A program made the position numbers and the translations under genes. A stretch of 59,688 nucleotides of DNA from a virus (taxonomy: Duplodnaviria; Caudoviricetes), in IMG/VR virus record IMGVR_UViG_3300022748_000181, positions 1 to 59,688 of that record; one strand, given 5' to 3'. How positions within the stretch are numbered: position 1 is the first letter of the stretch; every line of letters starts with the position of its first letter. Shown piece by piece: positions 1-9,021 of the stretch. The notes under the pieces are model-generated. The model was not told where the DNA came from. It was given only the letters and a program-made list of their open reading frames with translations, and made no database searches.

Positions 1-112
1 AGCAGGCAGCGACCAATTCAGCAGAGAATGTCTGAGTTTACCTATACACCCCGAACTAACAGACAGCGAAGTCGAGTACGTAGTGCAAACAGTTAAAGAC
101 TTTTACGCTTAA
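1..112 (+). CDS. C-terminal fragment of a DegT/DnrJ/EryC1/StrS-family PLP-dependent sugar aminotransferase (5' truncated by window)
   Basis: Frame 2 reads AGSDQFSRECLSLPIHPELTDSEVEYVVQTVKDFYA*; LSLPIHPELTDxEVEYV is the typical C-terminus of this family. Not in ORF track. Confidence 0.75.
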   Translation, partial: AGSDQFSRECLSLPIHPELTDSEVEYVVQTVKDFYA

Positions 113-120
113 AGTCTATT

Positions 121-2370
121 TTATTTTAAATCAAATCTTGCACGTAACCACGCCCATTCAAAGCTCAACTGTAGCTTTGCCGGATCACCGTCGACTTCTT
201 CGTAGTATTCAATCGCGTCATTGGCGCCCATAATACTGTAACCTGCATACTGCCCTTCGCCTACAGTAGACCAGACTTTTAATCTATGCTCAGTTTCTAT
301 TGTGGGCTGCGTATCCATAAACAATCGCAGTTTTAATACCTCTCTAAAGGCTGTGCGCCACGTAGTCCAGGCATCTTGGTTATAGTGTGCTACCCCGCTA
401 AGAATAGGCACCGATTCGTGCGGTTGTGACAGTGTAAAGTCAATTCCAGGGTCGTTATTTGCTAAAACGAGGCTCTTATTGTAGGCAATCATTCCTTGGT
501 GTCCGTAGACTAGTCCATTGACGGGATTCTGTGCATTAAAGATGTAATGCTTAGGGCCTTGCCAATAGTCTGGGCGGAACTCCCAGATATCCCTTGTACC
601 GAATACTTCTAGCTTGGCAAACACTGCTAGAAACCAATCCGTTGTACTGGCATTGGCCGCTGCTTGATATGCAGCTACACGCCCATTGACGCCGCAAATC
701 CATTTTACATCACGATTGCTCATGTACTCTGTGTGCTCAAACCATTTCAGTTCATCTGGTTCGCCATTGCTGATGAACACAATGTCTAGGTCTTTTACTG
801 CCCGCATATTACGCAAGCGCGGATGTTCTACAAGGTGCGGGTAATCATACACTTGAGTTTCGATATACTTCTTGATGTCGCGTGGAATCAAACTGGTGCT
901 CTTGTCTGCGTTGACGTCAATAGCAATACGATCCTTTTCGGTCCATAGGCATGTAGTGTTTCCATTCATGCCTTTGCATTGCGTTTCCTTGGTAAACAAT
1001 GCATAGGGACTAGTAAAGGTATGATTCTTAATTGCTTCAATTAAGTTGTCGCCATCATAATGCACCGCTGGCACTGGATACCGTCTAACAAAGTGTCCGT
1101 CAACATAGTTAATCACATTGAACCAATCCAACAACTCCAGTTCAACCATTTGCTTTTTAAATGATTCAACGTGTATGTAAAATGTGTCTCCGCGCTTATC
1201 ACGTGTTAATACAGAATCAGTTTCGTTGGTAAAGCAATGAATCATTTCACGCTGCCAAGGCTCGGGCTCCCACGAAAAGTCAAATAGCCAGTAGTCACAC
1301 ACGCTGTTGAGAATCCACACGTACTCGGTGTCTGCATTTTGCATGATACGCTTGAAGGTATCTAGGTATGTGTTTGCAAAGCGTGTCTTGACCATATCCG
1401 GATACCTTGCTAGCAGTGCAGCATAGTCCAGGTCGCTATCAGCGTTACCGTGATCCACAAAGTACATGTCGCAATTGGATTCGGGCTTGACTACACTTTG
1501 ATCGGACACAAAGTTTAAGTTAGGAAACTCTTCAAGGCCCTTGGCCCACTCGGCATGACGACTAAATTCCCATTTGTTAATTAGGAACGTGTCACTCCAC
1601 TTGTTGTGTTGACTCGGGAATATGTGAGTCATGTACTGTTGCCATGGCTCGGCGTGCCATCGAAAGTCAAACCCGGTGTAGTCGTACTCGCTGCTGATTA
1701 TCCAGAATTTGTTGGTCTTGGCTCTGTTAACACAACGCTTGATTGTGTCTATCATGCTGTTTGCATAACGAACCTTAGTAACATTGTGCATTTCATTGAG
1801 TCTATCATAGCGTACCTGTGCTGTAGGATTACCTTTGTCAATAAAGAAAATATCCAGCACTTGCATCGCAGTTATTTTATGATACCCTTGCGAAGGCATG
1901 GGTCCAGCAAACTTAATTTCTGTTGCACCAGGCACAGTATAGATTAAGCCTATGCTTTGTTGGTACTCACTACCAAAGTGATAGGAAAATGGCGGTTCAA
2001 TTGAATTAGGATGCCAGCTAAAGTCTATTGTAGCGGCATTGACTTCTTCGGGGATAGTCCAATTAGTTTGATCGGGCGTTCGTGTAACTGATTGCTCTTG
2101 TCTAAAGTGCCACTGTCTGTTTGCTACGCTGTCAACGTGTGCTAGGAAAACATCGCCGCATTGTTGGTGTTGGCTTGGCCACACATGCACATGGTCTTTT
2201 TCCCAAGGAACAGGGCGCCATGAAAAATCGAAATTGGTATAATCATTACCACCATAAATATACCAATAGTACCCAGTGGTACACATAGCCGCAGCAGCGT
2301 CTAAGTCCTTTGCATATTTTTCAAATACAAAAAGATTTGGCTTTGGGCCAAAGTAAAAAACATCAAACAT
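121..2370 (-). CDS. Multi-repeat glycosyltransferase-A-like protein (degenerate tandem GT-like domains)
   Basis: ORF 121..2385; likely start MFDVFYFG at 2370. Repeated W-I/Y...DY..FDFxW.P.PW units. Last domain (DIVFISNGEPD...GVNGRVAAYQAAA...WRTAFREVLKL) is paralogous to 16530..17432. Confidence 0.6.
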   Translation of the reverse strand: MFDVFYFGPKPNLFVFEKYAKDLDAAAAMCTTGYYWYIYGGNDYTNFDFSWRPVPWEKDHVHVWPSQHQQCGDVFLAHVDSVANRQWHFRQEQSVTRTPDQTNWTIPEEVNAATIDFSWHPNSIEPPFSYHFGSEYQQSIGLIYTVPGATEIKFAGPMPSQGYHKITAMQVLDIFFIDKGNPTAQVRYDRLNEMHNVTKVRYANSMIDTIKRCVNRAKTNKFWIISSEYDYTGFDFRWHAEPWQQYMTHIFPSQHNKWSDTFLINKWEFSRHAEWAKGLEEFPNLNFVSDQSVVKPESNCDMYFVDHGNADSDLDYAALLARYPDMVKTRFANTYLDTFKRIMQNADTEYVWILNSVCDYWLFDFSWEPEPWQREMIHCFTNETDSVLTRDKRGDTFYIHVESFKKQMVELELLDWFNVINYVDGHFVRRYPVPAVHYDGDNLIEAIKNHTFTSPYALFTKETQCKGMNGNTTCLWTEKDRIAIDVNADKSTSLIPRDIKKYIETQVYDYPHLVEHPRLRNMRAVKDLDIVFISNGEPDELKWFEHTEYMSNRDVKWICGVNGRVAAYQAAANASTTDWFLAVFAKLEVFGTRDIWEFRPDYWQGPKHYIFNAQNPVNGLVYGHQGMIAYNKSLVLANNDPGIDFTLSQPHESVPILSGVAHYNQDAWTTWRTAFREVLKLRLFMDTQPTIETEHRLKVWSTVGEGQYAGYSIMGANDAIEYYEEVDGDPAKLQLSFEWAWLRARFDLK

Positions 2371-3607
2371 GTATAATATTGCCAATCACTACGAAAATAT
2401 CTACCAACACCTACAAACTATTATAACAGATCCCACCGTAATATATCTACACCCATTTGGATCAACACAACCAGAAAATATAGAGACCTTAAGAGACGAT
2501 TCTGATCCGCCGGATATGCGTAACCCACCTGAGTCTCGTGGCCCTGTGTTTATTTTCTACGATCAAGAACCATTAAACTTTAATTACAATAAAAATTTGT
2601 TTGATTACATTGTGTCCACTACACAAGGCCCTTATGTGTTAGTTAATACCGAAAAGGACAGTGTCGAAAAGGATCGTATATGCGACCATTACAAATTTGC
2701 CAGCATCGATTATTTCTTTCATATATTTGCAGCAGCAGATTGGTATAGGGGCCATCAATACTTACCACACCTAGTAGAACCTGCACAAAGAACTCTAAAC
2801 AAAAGCTACATTACATTTAATAGACTGACCAGTAATGAGCGTGTATACCGCAGTATATTTGTTAGTAAACTGTTTAAACAAGGAATACTAGAACACGGGC
2901 ATGTTAGTTATAGCGATGTGTGCCCGGACAATCATTTACCATCTGCCGAAAACTTAACCAAAGCAAGAGACGACAGGTTAATATCAAGTGAGTTGTGCGC
3001 CGACACTATTCATAACATTACATTGGCACAGCAACCCAATCCCTTGCGTATAGACTTTGCAGATCAAAAACATATACCAAATCAAAGTATGGCGCTGAGT
3101 CCATTGCCTCAGCTTATGGAAAGTTTTGTGTTTGTTGTAACTGAAACTTGTTACTGGCAAACAAAGACGCACCTGACAGAAAAGATATTTAAACCTATCG
3201 TACTCAAGATGCCATTTGTATTAGTTGGTTGTGCAGACAATCTCAAGTACTTGCGTAATTACGGATTTAAAACATTCGGCGATTATTGGGACGAGAGTTA
3301 CGACTCTATTCAGGATCCAATTGAACGAATGGACGCTGTTGTTAAAATACTCAACAACATCAGCAGTATGAGTAATCAGCAGCAACAAGAGATGTTATTA
3401 GATATGCAGACAATACTAGAACACAATTATCAATTGTTTAATAGCCCTGCGTTTATTGCCAAGGAATGGAACACGTTAAAACAATCTTTAACTGATATAT
3501 CCAAGTACTACCGTAGAGATATCGACATTCCATTTACTATTAACCAATATCGGCAGTTTATTCCTCTTGCCCCCAACGAACACGATTCCAAATACGTTCG
3601 TGGATAA
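2369..3607 (+). CDS. Hypothetical protein with GT10/fucosyltransferase-like C-terminal motif
   Basis: 412-aa ORF; VVTET...LTEKIFKPI...PFVLVG...LRNYGFKTF resembles the GT-B (GT10-like) donor-binding segment. Confidence 0.5.
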   Translation: MYNIANHYENIYQHLQTIITDPTVIYLHPFGSTQPENIETLRDDSDPPDMRNPPESRGPVFIFYDQEPLNFNYNKNLFDYIVSTTQGPYVLVNTEKDSVEKDRICDHYKFASIDYFFHIFAAADWYRGHQYLPHLVEPAQRTLNKSYITFNRLTSNERVYRSIFVSKLFKQGILEHGHVSYSDVCPDNHLPSAENLTKARDDRLISSELCADTIHNITLAQQPNPLRIDFADQKHIPNQSMALSPLPQLMESFVFVVTETCYWQTKTHLTEKIFKPIVLKMPFVLVGCADNLKYLRNYGFKTFGDYWDESYDSIQDPIERMDAVVKILNNISSMSNQQQQEMLLDMQTILEHNYQLFNSPAFIAKEWNTLKQSLTDISKYYRRDIDIPFTINQYRQFIPLAPNEHDSKYVRG

Positions 3608-3761
3608 AATAAAGCAGAGTATTAAAAGTTAACTGTATAGCAGCAATGGTGCCCGATACATTTAAGTCTCCGATGATCAAATAAGAAATAGCAAACGTAG
3701 CACCACTTCCGGTGATTCTCCAGCTAACGGTTTTTGCTAGACTACGTTTATTAGTCTCCAT
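3558..3761 (-). CDS. DUF2061-family small membrane protein
   Basis: RSLAKTVSWRI...LYFIHERIWNRVRWG signature. Confidence 0.8.
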   Translation of the reverse strand: METNKRSLAKTVSWRITGSGATFAISYLIIGDLNVSGTIAAIQLTFNTLLYFIHERIWNRVRWGQEE

Positions 3762-4185
3762 TGCCTGTGTATAAAATAGTTTTAATGATCATGTTGCTCC
3801 AATAATCGGCATCTTGCGTGGTTACACGAATATCCGCCCACTCGGGTGCAACAAACATCTTGTTAGTATCATCGTATCTACTAGAATCAATTGTGTCAAC
3901 AAATATTATCCAGTGTGGCTCAAAGTTTGTACGCATTTCAGGCAATGGTGCAACAAAGTCAGCAATACAGTAATCGCATTCCAATATTGTTGACAAAGAA
4001 TGCATACGCTTGCTTTGTCTAATTCTTCCTTCTAGACTAAAATCCCAATCGTCGTACTCCCTGCGTACTTCATCTGCATTTAAGTGCACAACTTTTTTGT
4101 CCGCGACTATTAACTTGTCTCGCAATGTGTTTGCCAGTGTAGTCTTTCCGGCGCCCGGTAGTCCCATTATGAGAATGCGTTGCAT
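3751..4185 (-). CDS. cysC: Adenylylsulfate (APS) kinase-like P-loop kinase
   Basis: GLPGAGKTT Walker A, LNADEVR, DFSLEGRIRQ, IADFVAP; short (144 aa). Confidence 0.7.
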   Translation of the reverse strand: MQRILIMGLPGAGKTTLANTLRDKLIVADKKVVHLNADEVRREYDDWDFSLEGRIRQSKRMHSLSTILECDYCIADFVAPLPEMRTNFEPHWIIFVDTIDSSRYDDTNKMFVAPEWADIRVTTQDADYWSNMIIKTILYTGNGD

Positions 4186-5669
4186 TAGGAACAGACCTTT
4201 ACTCCGTATAACTGCTCAAATCTATCTGCATCTGCTCGATCGTTTACCATTGGTTCTCCGCGGATGTTTAGGCTAGTGTTGAGTAGCATAGGGCAATCGG
4301 TTAATACAAACCAGCGTTCCAATAAATCTCTGATACCTGATCCATCTTTCGGCACAGTCTGAACACGACTAGTTCCGTCGTGATGAACGATAGCAGGAAA
4401 TAGGTCAGGCACCCTACAACGAGCGACTGACTGCATATACCTGCTATTACTCCAACCACGAGGCATATCAAAGTAAGTATCAGCCAGTTCTTCCAAAATA
4501 ACTGGCGCAAAGGGTCTGAATTGTTGTCTACGTTTAATTTCATTTACTTTTTCCTTAATATGTATCCCTCTTGGATCGCCCAAGAGACTACGGTTCCCCA
4601 ACGCTCTTGGGCCAAACTCGGCATGTCCGGATGCCACTCCCACAATTTGCTTAGTAAGCAACTCATCAAGTATGTCATTAACAGGATAAGGCCCAGGAAT
4701 ACAATACCCGAGATAAGCGTTAGTCCAGTTAATTCTACCCCCATGAGCCAAAGCGGCAGCGCCAAGGCTGCTACCAGCATCACCGGGATTAGGCATAATC
4801 CATATGTTTTCAAAATAATTTCCTATTCTTGCATTAACTGCACAATTAAGAGCACATCCGCCCGAGTAGACTAAGTTATTACTCCATTTAAATTGTTTAG
4901 CACGAGTCATAACATTGAGAATCAATCTCTCTGCTATTTCTTGTGTGCTAGCAGCAACATCGTAGTCCGATAGTATATCCAAGAAGTCTGCATCAACCCC
5001 AGTATGAAAGTTTTGTTTAAACTTTATATCGTACTCATGGTCAACTAAACTCATACTCATGACGTTTGCATAGTTCTTATCACCGTATGCAGCCATGCCC
5101 ATTAAAATGTATTCTTCATCAAGCGGCTTCAGTCCTACTCGCTGTGTCATTGCAGTATAGAACATGCCAATACTGTGAGGATAATGTTGTTGCCACAACT
5201 TCTTATATACAGCCCGGCCATTAACATATTCGGCTCCATAAATGCTGGTTGTTTCGAACTCCCCAACTGCATCAATGACAACTACTGTGGCTCTATCAAA
5301 TTCACTCGTTTGGAACCCCGCGGCTGCGTGGGATAAATGATGGTTGTACGATTTATAATTCTGTAGGTCCCACCACTTTGCATGACCAATTTGATCATGA
5401 ACCAACTTCTTTGTAGACAATTTGCTCCAATCAAACCCTTGTCCTGCATAGAGCTGCCGTAGTTGTTTGATAAGTGGTCGCTCATAATATGCCACAGTCC
5501 CGATTGGGTTATAAGTTTCGAGTTCACGAATGAGAGGACTGCAAAAATTAGCGTCACTCTTTTTCTTGGAGTAACGTTCACTATGCGATGCAAACAATAT
5601 GTTACCATCACTGTCCAGTACTGTTGCTGCTGCGTCATGAAAGCCCGCTGATATTCCTAATATGTTCAT
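4185..5669 (-). CDS. NodU/CmcH-family O-carbamoyltransferase
   Basis: ILGIS..HDAAA, HHLSHAA, DAVGE, GGCALNC, GDAGSSLGAA, EFGPRALGNRS, RPFAP, DGTSRVQTV, LNTSLN..GEP. Confidence 0.93.
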   Translation of the reverse strand: MNILGISAGFHDAAATVLDSDGNILFASHSERYSKKKSDANFCSPLIRELETYNPIGTVAYYERPLIKQLRQLYAGQGFDWSKLSTKKLVHDQIGHAKWWDLQNYKSYNHHLSHAAAGFQTSEFDRATVVVIDAVGEFETTSIYGAEYVNGRAVYKKLWQQHYPHSIGMFYTAMTQRVGLKPLDEEYILMGMAAYGDKNYANVMSMSLVDHEYDIKFKQNFHTGVDADFLDILSDYDVAASTQEIAERLILNVMTRAKQFKWSNNLVYSGGCALNCAVNARIGNYFENIWIMPNPGDAGSSLGAAALAHGGRINWTNAYLGYCIPGPYPVNDILDELLTKQIVGVASGHAEFGPRALGNRSLLGDPRGIHIKEKVNEIKRRQQFRPFAPVILEELADTYFDMPRGWSNSRYMQSVARCRVPDLFPAIVHHDGTSRVQTVPKDGSGIRDLLERWFVLTDCPMLLNTSLNIRGEPMVNDRADADRFEQLYGVKVCS

Positions 5670-6279
5670 TAATATGTTCTGCTATTCTTTGATGACCTAT
5701 TTCTAACGGGTGGCCTCCCGGTCCCAACGGACAATTTCCTTGCCAATCTAACATTCCAAGATTTGGCCAGTCTATATAAAATTTATCATTAACTTGATCG
5801 GTTAGATATTTTAATTTAGGCATGTACTCGTTGTAGTAATCTTGATTTAAATCGGCTTGTATGCCAAATGTACTAACAAATAGATATGGTTGCTTAATTG
5901 CTTCTAAGTGACTTTGTAACATTACTACCGTTCTTATCCACTTTTCGTAATTGTAAAACCTCTCACTGTGATTTGCATAGTATTCTAGTACCCACGGTAA
6001 CTGCGTAACTAAATCGTGATTAACACAGATATCTATTATGCGATCATTATACGGTACTTCAAACCTATCCGGATTAGTCCATGCAAATATTATCAGGTCG
6101 TACTGATTGGGCAACTCGTTAAATAGCAGGCGTATGTTCCTGTCATTACTTGCGCCACTTTTGGCCAAGTTGGTTAGTGTCCAATTGTTCGTTCTAGCCA
6201 ACAAATAGGGCCATGCATTATCAACACGAGACAATTCTTCACCATAGGTAAAACTACACCCTAGTGTCAGTACTTTCAT
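5635..6279 (-). CDS. SGNH/GDSL-like hydrolase or acyltransferase
   Basis: GCSFTYG, NLAKSGASN, C-terminal GHP..GH. Confidence 0.7.
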   Translation of the reverse strand: MKVLTLGCSFTYGEELSRVDNAWPYLLARTNNWTLTNLAKSGASNDRNIRLLFNELPNQYDLIIFAWTNPDRFEVPYNDRIIDICVNHDLVTQLPWVLEYYANHSERFYNYEKWIRTVVMLQSHLEAIKQPYLFVSTFGIQADLNQDYYNEYMPKLKYLTDQVNDKFYIDWPNLGMLDWQGNCPLGPGGHPLEIGHQRIAEHINEHIRNISGLS

Positions 6280-6907
6280 TTTGAATATGATTAAAGATTT
6301 TGTTTGCCACTGCTACATGCCCTTCTTCTAGAAAGTGCCCATTAGGTCCTTTTGGCATGCCGTGGGTCCATATACCGGATCCACTATAGGGCCATCCCAC
6401 AAAGTCGGTTGAATCTATGTGTTTAGCCAACTGTGCGTTTTTGTCTAGGTATAACTTGTGCCAATCTTCTGAGCTACAGGCGTTAAACATGATGCATCTA
6501 ACTTGATTTGCTTTACAAAAACTCTGCACTAGAATTATTTGCCTTAACCATTTTGTGTAATAGTAGCCCGGGACGTCATACGCAGTCATGTACTTGATTA
6601 AGTTTATGCGATGATCATTGCAACTTTGCATTCGTCTATGTTCGCGGCCGGCCCACAGATCAGTGATACCAATATCATCTGCAAACTCTTGTCTGGCAGG
6701 GTCGGTCCATCCAATTACAACCAACTCTGCATCTCCGCTTAGTACAGAATCCATTGTACGTTTTACCATGCGATAGTTACCGGTTGCAGGTTTGCCTAAA
6801 TTAACAACAGGCCTGTCAAGCAGGTTGCCTAACAGTATCGGCCAAGCTGAATTTGTGTCCGGCAATTCTTCGCCAAAAGTAAAACTATCACCAATACAGT
6901 ATATCAT
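6254..6907 (-). CDS. SGNH/GDSL-like hydrolase or acyltransferase
   Basis: GDSFTFG, NLGKPATGN, C-terminal GHFLEEGH. Confidence 0.7.
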   Translation of the reverse strand: MIYCIGDSFTFGEELPDTNSAWPILLGNLLDRPVVNLGKPATGNYRMVKRTMDSVLSGDAELVVIGWTDPARQEFADDIGITDLWAGREHRRMQSCNDHRINLIKYMTAYDVPGYYYTKWLRQIILVQSFCKANQVRCIMFNACSSEDWHKLYLDKNAQLAKHIDSTDFVGWPYSGSGIWTHGMPKGPNGHFLEEGHVAVANKIFNHIQNESTDTRV

Positions 6908-7005
6908 TTGTAGATAAACGGATCTCTCTTACGTAACTCTTTGAGCTTTTTACGATAACGAATTTCTAGACGAATCCTGTTATATAGATTTTTTAACCAT
7001 TTCAT
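6904..7005 (-). CDS. Small basic 33-aa protein MKWLKNLYNRIRLEIRYRKKLKELRKRDPFIYK
   Basis: Translated by hand (below ORF-track cutoff). It fills the only gap in the operon, and its TGA overlaps the next ATG (ATGA at 6904-6907). Confidence 0.7.
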   Translation of the reverse strand: MKWLKNLYNRIRLEIRYRKKLKELRKRDPFIYK

Positions 7006-7753
7006 TGAATTTCTCCTGCATTAGGTTGGCAGCATCGCTGTGTGCTAGTTCCAGAGGATGTGTAGTTCCTATAGGGTATTTATTTTCCTTTGCCCATTGA
7101 TAAAAACCTCTTGGGTCGCAAGTTTCATTTGGCTTTGTGCCTGCAGGAAACCAAAACCATTTATTCATATCAATCTGCATAGTCAAACTGTTTATCACAC
7201 TGTCACCTTGATCGACGGTATGATTGTATAACAGGCTATTATCTGCACACGTAAACATGTAAGGAATGTTGTTTACCTTAAGATAATTTTGGAGGTAAAC
7301 AATTTCCTTAAGACTTGAATACACTTCCCAATATTCCGTAGAACCCACGTGCGTGAAAAACGTTTTTGCGAAATCCACAACACCAGTCTTTTTCGCTGTT
7401 CTAATGGTTTCCAACTGGGTATCCAGTATAGCTTTATTTTTAGTGACAAACTCTCGTTCGATATCTGTAACATCGTCTTTTATAGTCCATGCGTTAATAC
7501 TGTACCACGGACTTTTGCGCTGCCGTGTATCGTATGCAAACCTAAACTCGTAACGACCAGGGAATGTCCAGCTGACAATTGCCCCAGACACCCCACCTTG
7601 CTCACAACGTTCGATTGTGGTACGTGCAATGGCGTCATTGCTATAGCCAGGCCAAGCAACACATTCATCTGCACCCAGCAATGCTGTAAAAGTATTGGCA
7701 GGACTTGCTAGTTCACTACCGTAGACAAAACTGTCACCTGCTGCTATGATCAT
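6980..7753 (-). CDS. SGNH/GDSL-like hydrolase or acyltransferase
   Basis: AGDSFVYG, PGYSN, C-terminal THPLELAH. Confidence 0.7.
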   Translation of the reverse strand: MIIAAGDSFVYGSELASPANTFTALLGADECVAWPGYSNDAIARTTIERCEQGGVSGAIVSWTFPGRYEFRFAYDTRQRKSPWYSINAWTIKDDVTDIEREFVTKNKAILDTQLETIRTAKKTGVVDFAKTFFTHVGSTEYWEVYSSLKEIVYLQNYLKVNNIPYMFTCADNSLLYNHTVDQGDSVINSLTMQIDMNKWFWFPAGTKPNETCDPRGFYQWAKENKYPIGTTHPLELAHSDAANLMQEKFNEMVKKSI

Positions 7754-8819
7754 ACCCTGGCTTTAATCTTTCTATTTGTCGGATGTAGTAGTCTCGGTCG
7801 GTCCAAGTGTAGGGATATACGGAGCGTAGTATACGCCCCTGCCCATCATCTGTAGTGATCCCCTGTATGTCGAGGTACCTCGATAGAACTGGCCAAACGT
7901 CATCGTAGTTGGTTGTTCCAAAAGACGCCAATAAATCAACCTGACCAACAGGGTGGTACCCATAGTTATATTGCGGGTCGTTGACGTTGAATCCGTTCCT
8001 GCCCAGCCATTCTCGGAATCCTGCCATTTCAGTTGTGTGCCATGGATGAGGGCCATTGAAGCATACATCCTGCGCCCATTCGATGTCAAACTCGCCGCTA
8101 TAGTAGCGTAGATGAGTAATAGCATCACACACACTCTGGTCCACGTCGACGCCTTTTTCGTCTCGATATACTTCATAAAGAGTCTTGCCAATCTGCGTCC
8201 AATGTAGGTATACTTCCCCGAATTTCCTATCGTATCTAGATTCTTCAAATGTAGTTCTATAATCTGTTGGGAATTCATATCGGGGTGCGTTTAAAAATGT
8301 TGTAATTTGACTGGGCCGGACCCATTCAGGTTGCGTTGCCTTTTTGCGTTGACTCAACATCAAGCTCTCTGCCTCATGACAAAGATTGTTTAATTGCCTA
8401 ATAGCAAACTTTGTAGTATAGTCTGCTCTTTTGTAATAGTCACTAAGCCCATCGACTGTGCCTTGCAGGATCTCAAAATGATTATGCAACTTATTCATTA
8501 AATCCTGGTTAGGGTCTAATGTTATTGGATCACGCAAGGTTGTGTGCGTGTACAATTCTTCAATGTGATAGTCGTCAAAGAAACTGTTAATCTCATTTAC
8601 TGCCCAAAACAATTCTTGACAAATAAATCTTAAATCGCGTTGACTATCAGGGAATCCCAAAAAGCAAAAGTTCTTTTCAAGATATAGGTTACGCTGTACA
8701 ATTTCCTGTAGAGCACTAAACCAACGTTGCCCCATTGGAGAGTCGTTGACATCAATAAAGTAATTGATTGTGTCTGTTTTGTCTAAGGGGTTTTGTAATG
8801 TTACTGTTACTTTACTCAT
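7734..8819 (-). CDS. Hypothetical protein (361 aa)
   Basis: Long ORF overlapping both neighbours; LHNHFE...NNLCHEAE His/Glu motifs; no family recognised. Confidence 0.8.
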   Translation of the reverse strand: MSKVTVTLQNPLDKTDTINYFIDVNDSPMGQRWFSALQEIVQRNLYLEKNFCFLGFPDSQRDLRFICQELFWAVNEINSFFDDYHIEELYTHTTLRDPITLDPNQDLMNKLHNHFEILQGTVDGLSDYYKRADYTTKFAIRQLNNLCHEAESLMLSQRKKATQPEWVRPSQITTFLNAPRYEFPTDYRTTFEESRYDRKFGEVYLHWTQIGKTLYEVYRDEKGVDVDQSVCDAITHLRYYSGEFDIEWAQDVCFNGPHPWHTTEMAGFREWLGRNGFNVNDPQYNYGYHPVGQVDLLASFGTTNYDDVWPVLSRYLDIQGITTDDGQGRILRSVYPYTWTDRDYYIRQIERLKPGYDHSSR

Positions 8820-9021
8820 ATTTTAACCGAAACATAATTTCTTCTTGTTCGTCCTCAAACTCCAATTGTGGTCCCCAACTCATCTTAGACGGGATAAATG
8901 CCTCATGCACTATGTAGTTCCCCGGATATTCCTGCTGAAGCAATTTGGCTACTCGCTCGAACCCGATAGGATTTTTTGCATGAGTGTGATATAGTCTGTC
9001 TAAGCGTTTACGATATCCCAA
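8812..9021 (-). CDS. Small hypothetical protein (69 aa)
   Basis: Bridges the gap between flanking genes with short overlaps. Confidence 0.65.
   Translation of the reverse strand: MGYRKRLDRLYHTHAKNPIGFERVAKLLQQEYPGNYIVHEAFIPSKMSWGPQLEFEDEQEEIMFRLKYE

Noticed and set aside
4301-4813. Hydrophobic alternative-frame ORFs inside the carbamoyltransferase gene (holin-like look)
   Set aside because: Fully nested in a conserved enzyme gene with no independent support
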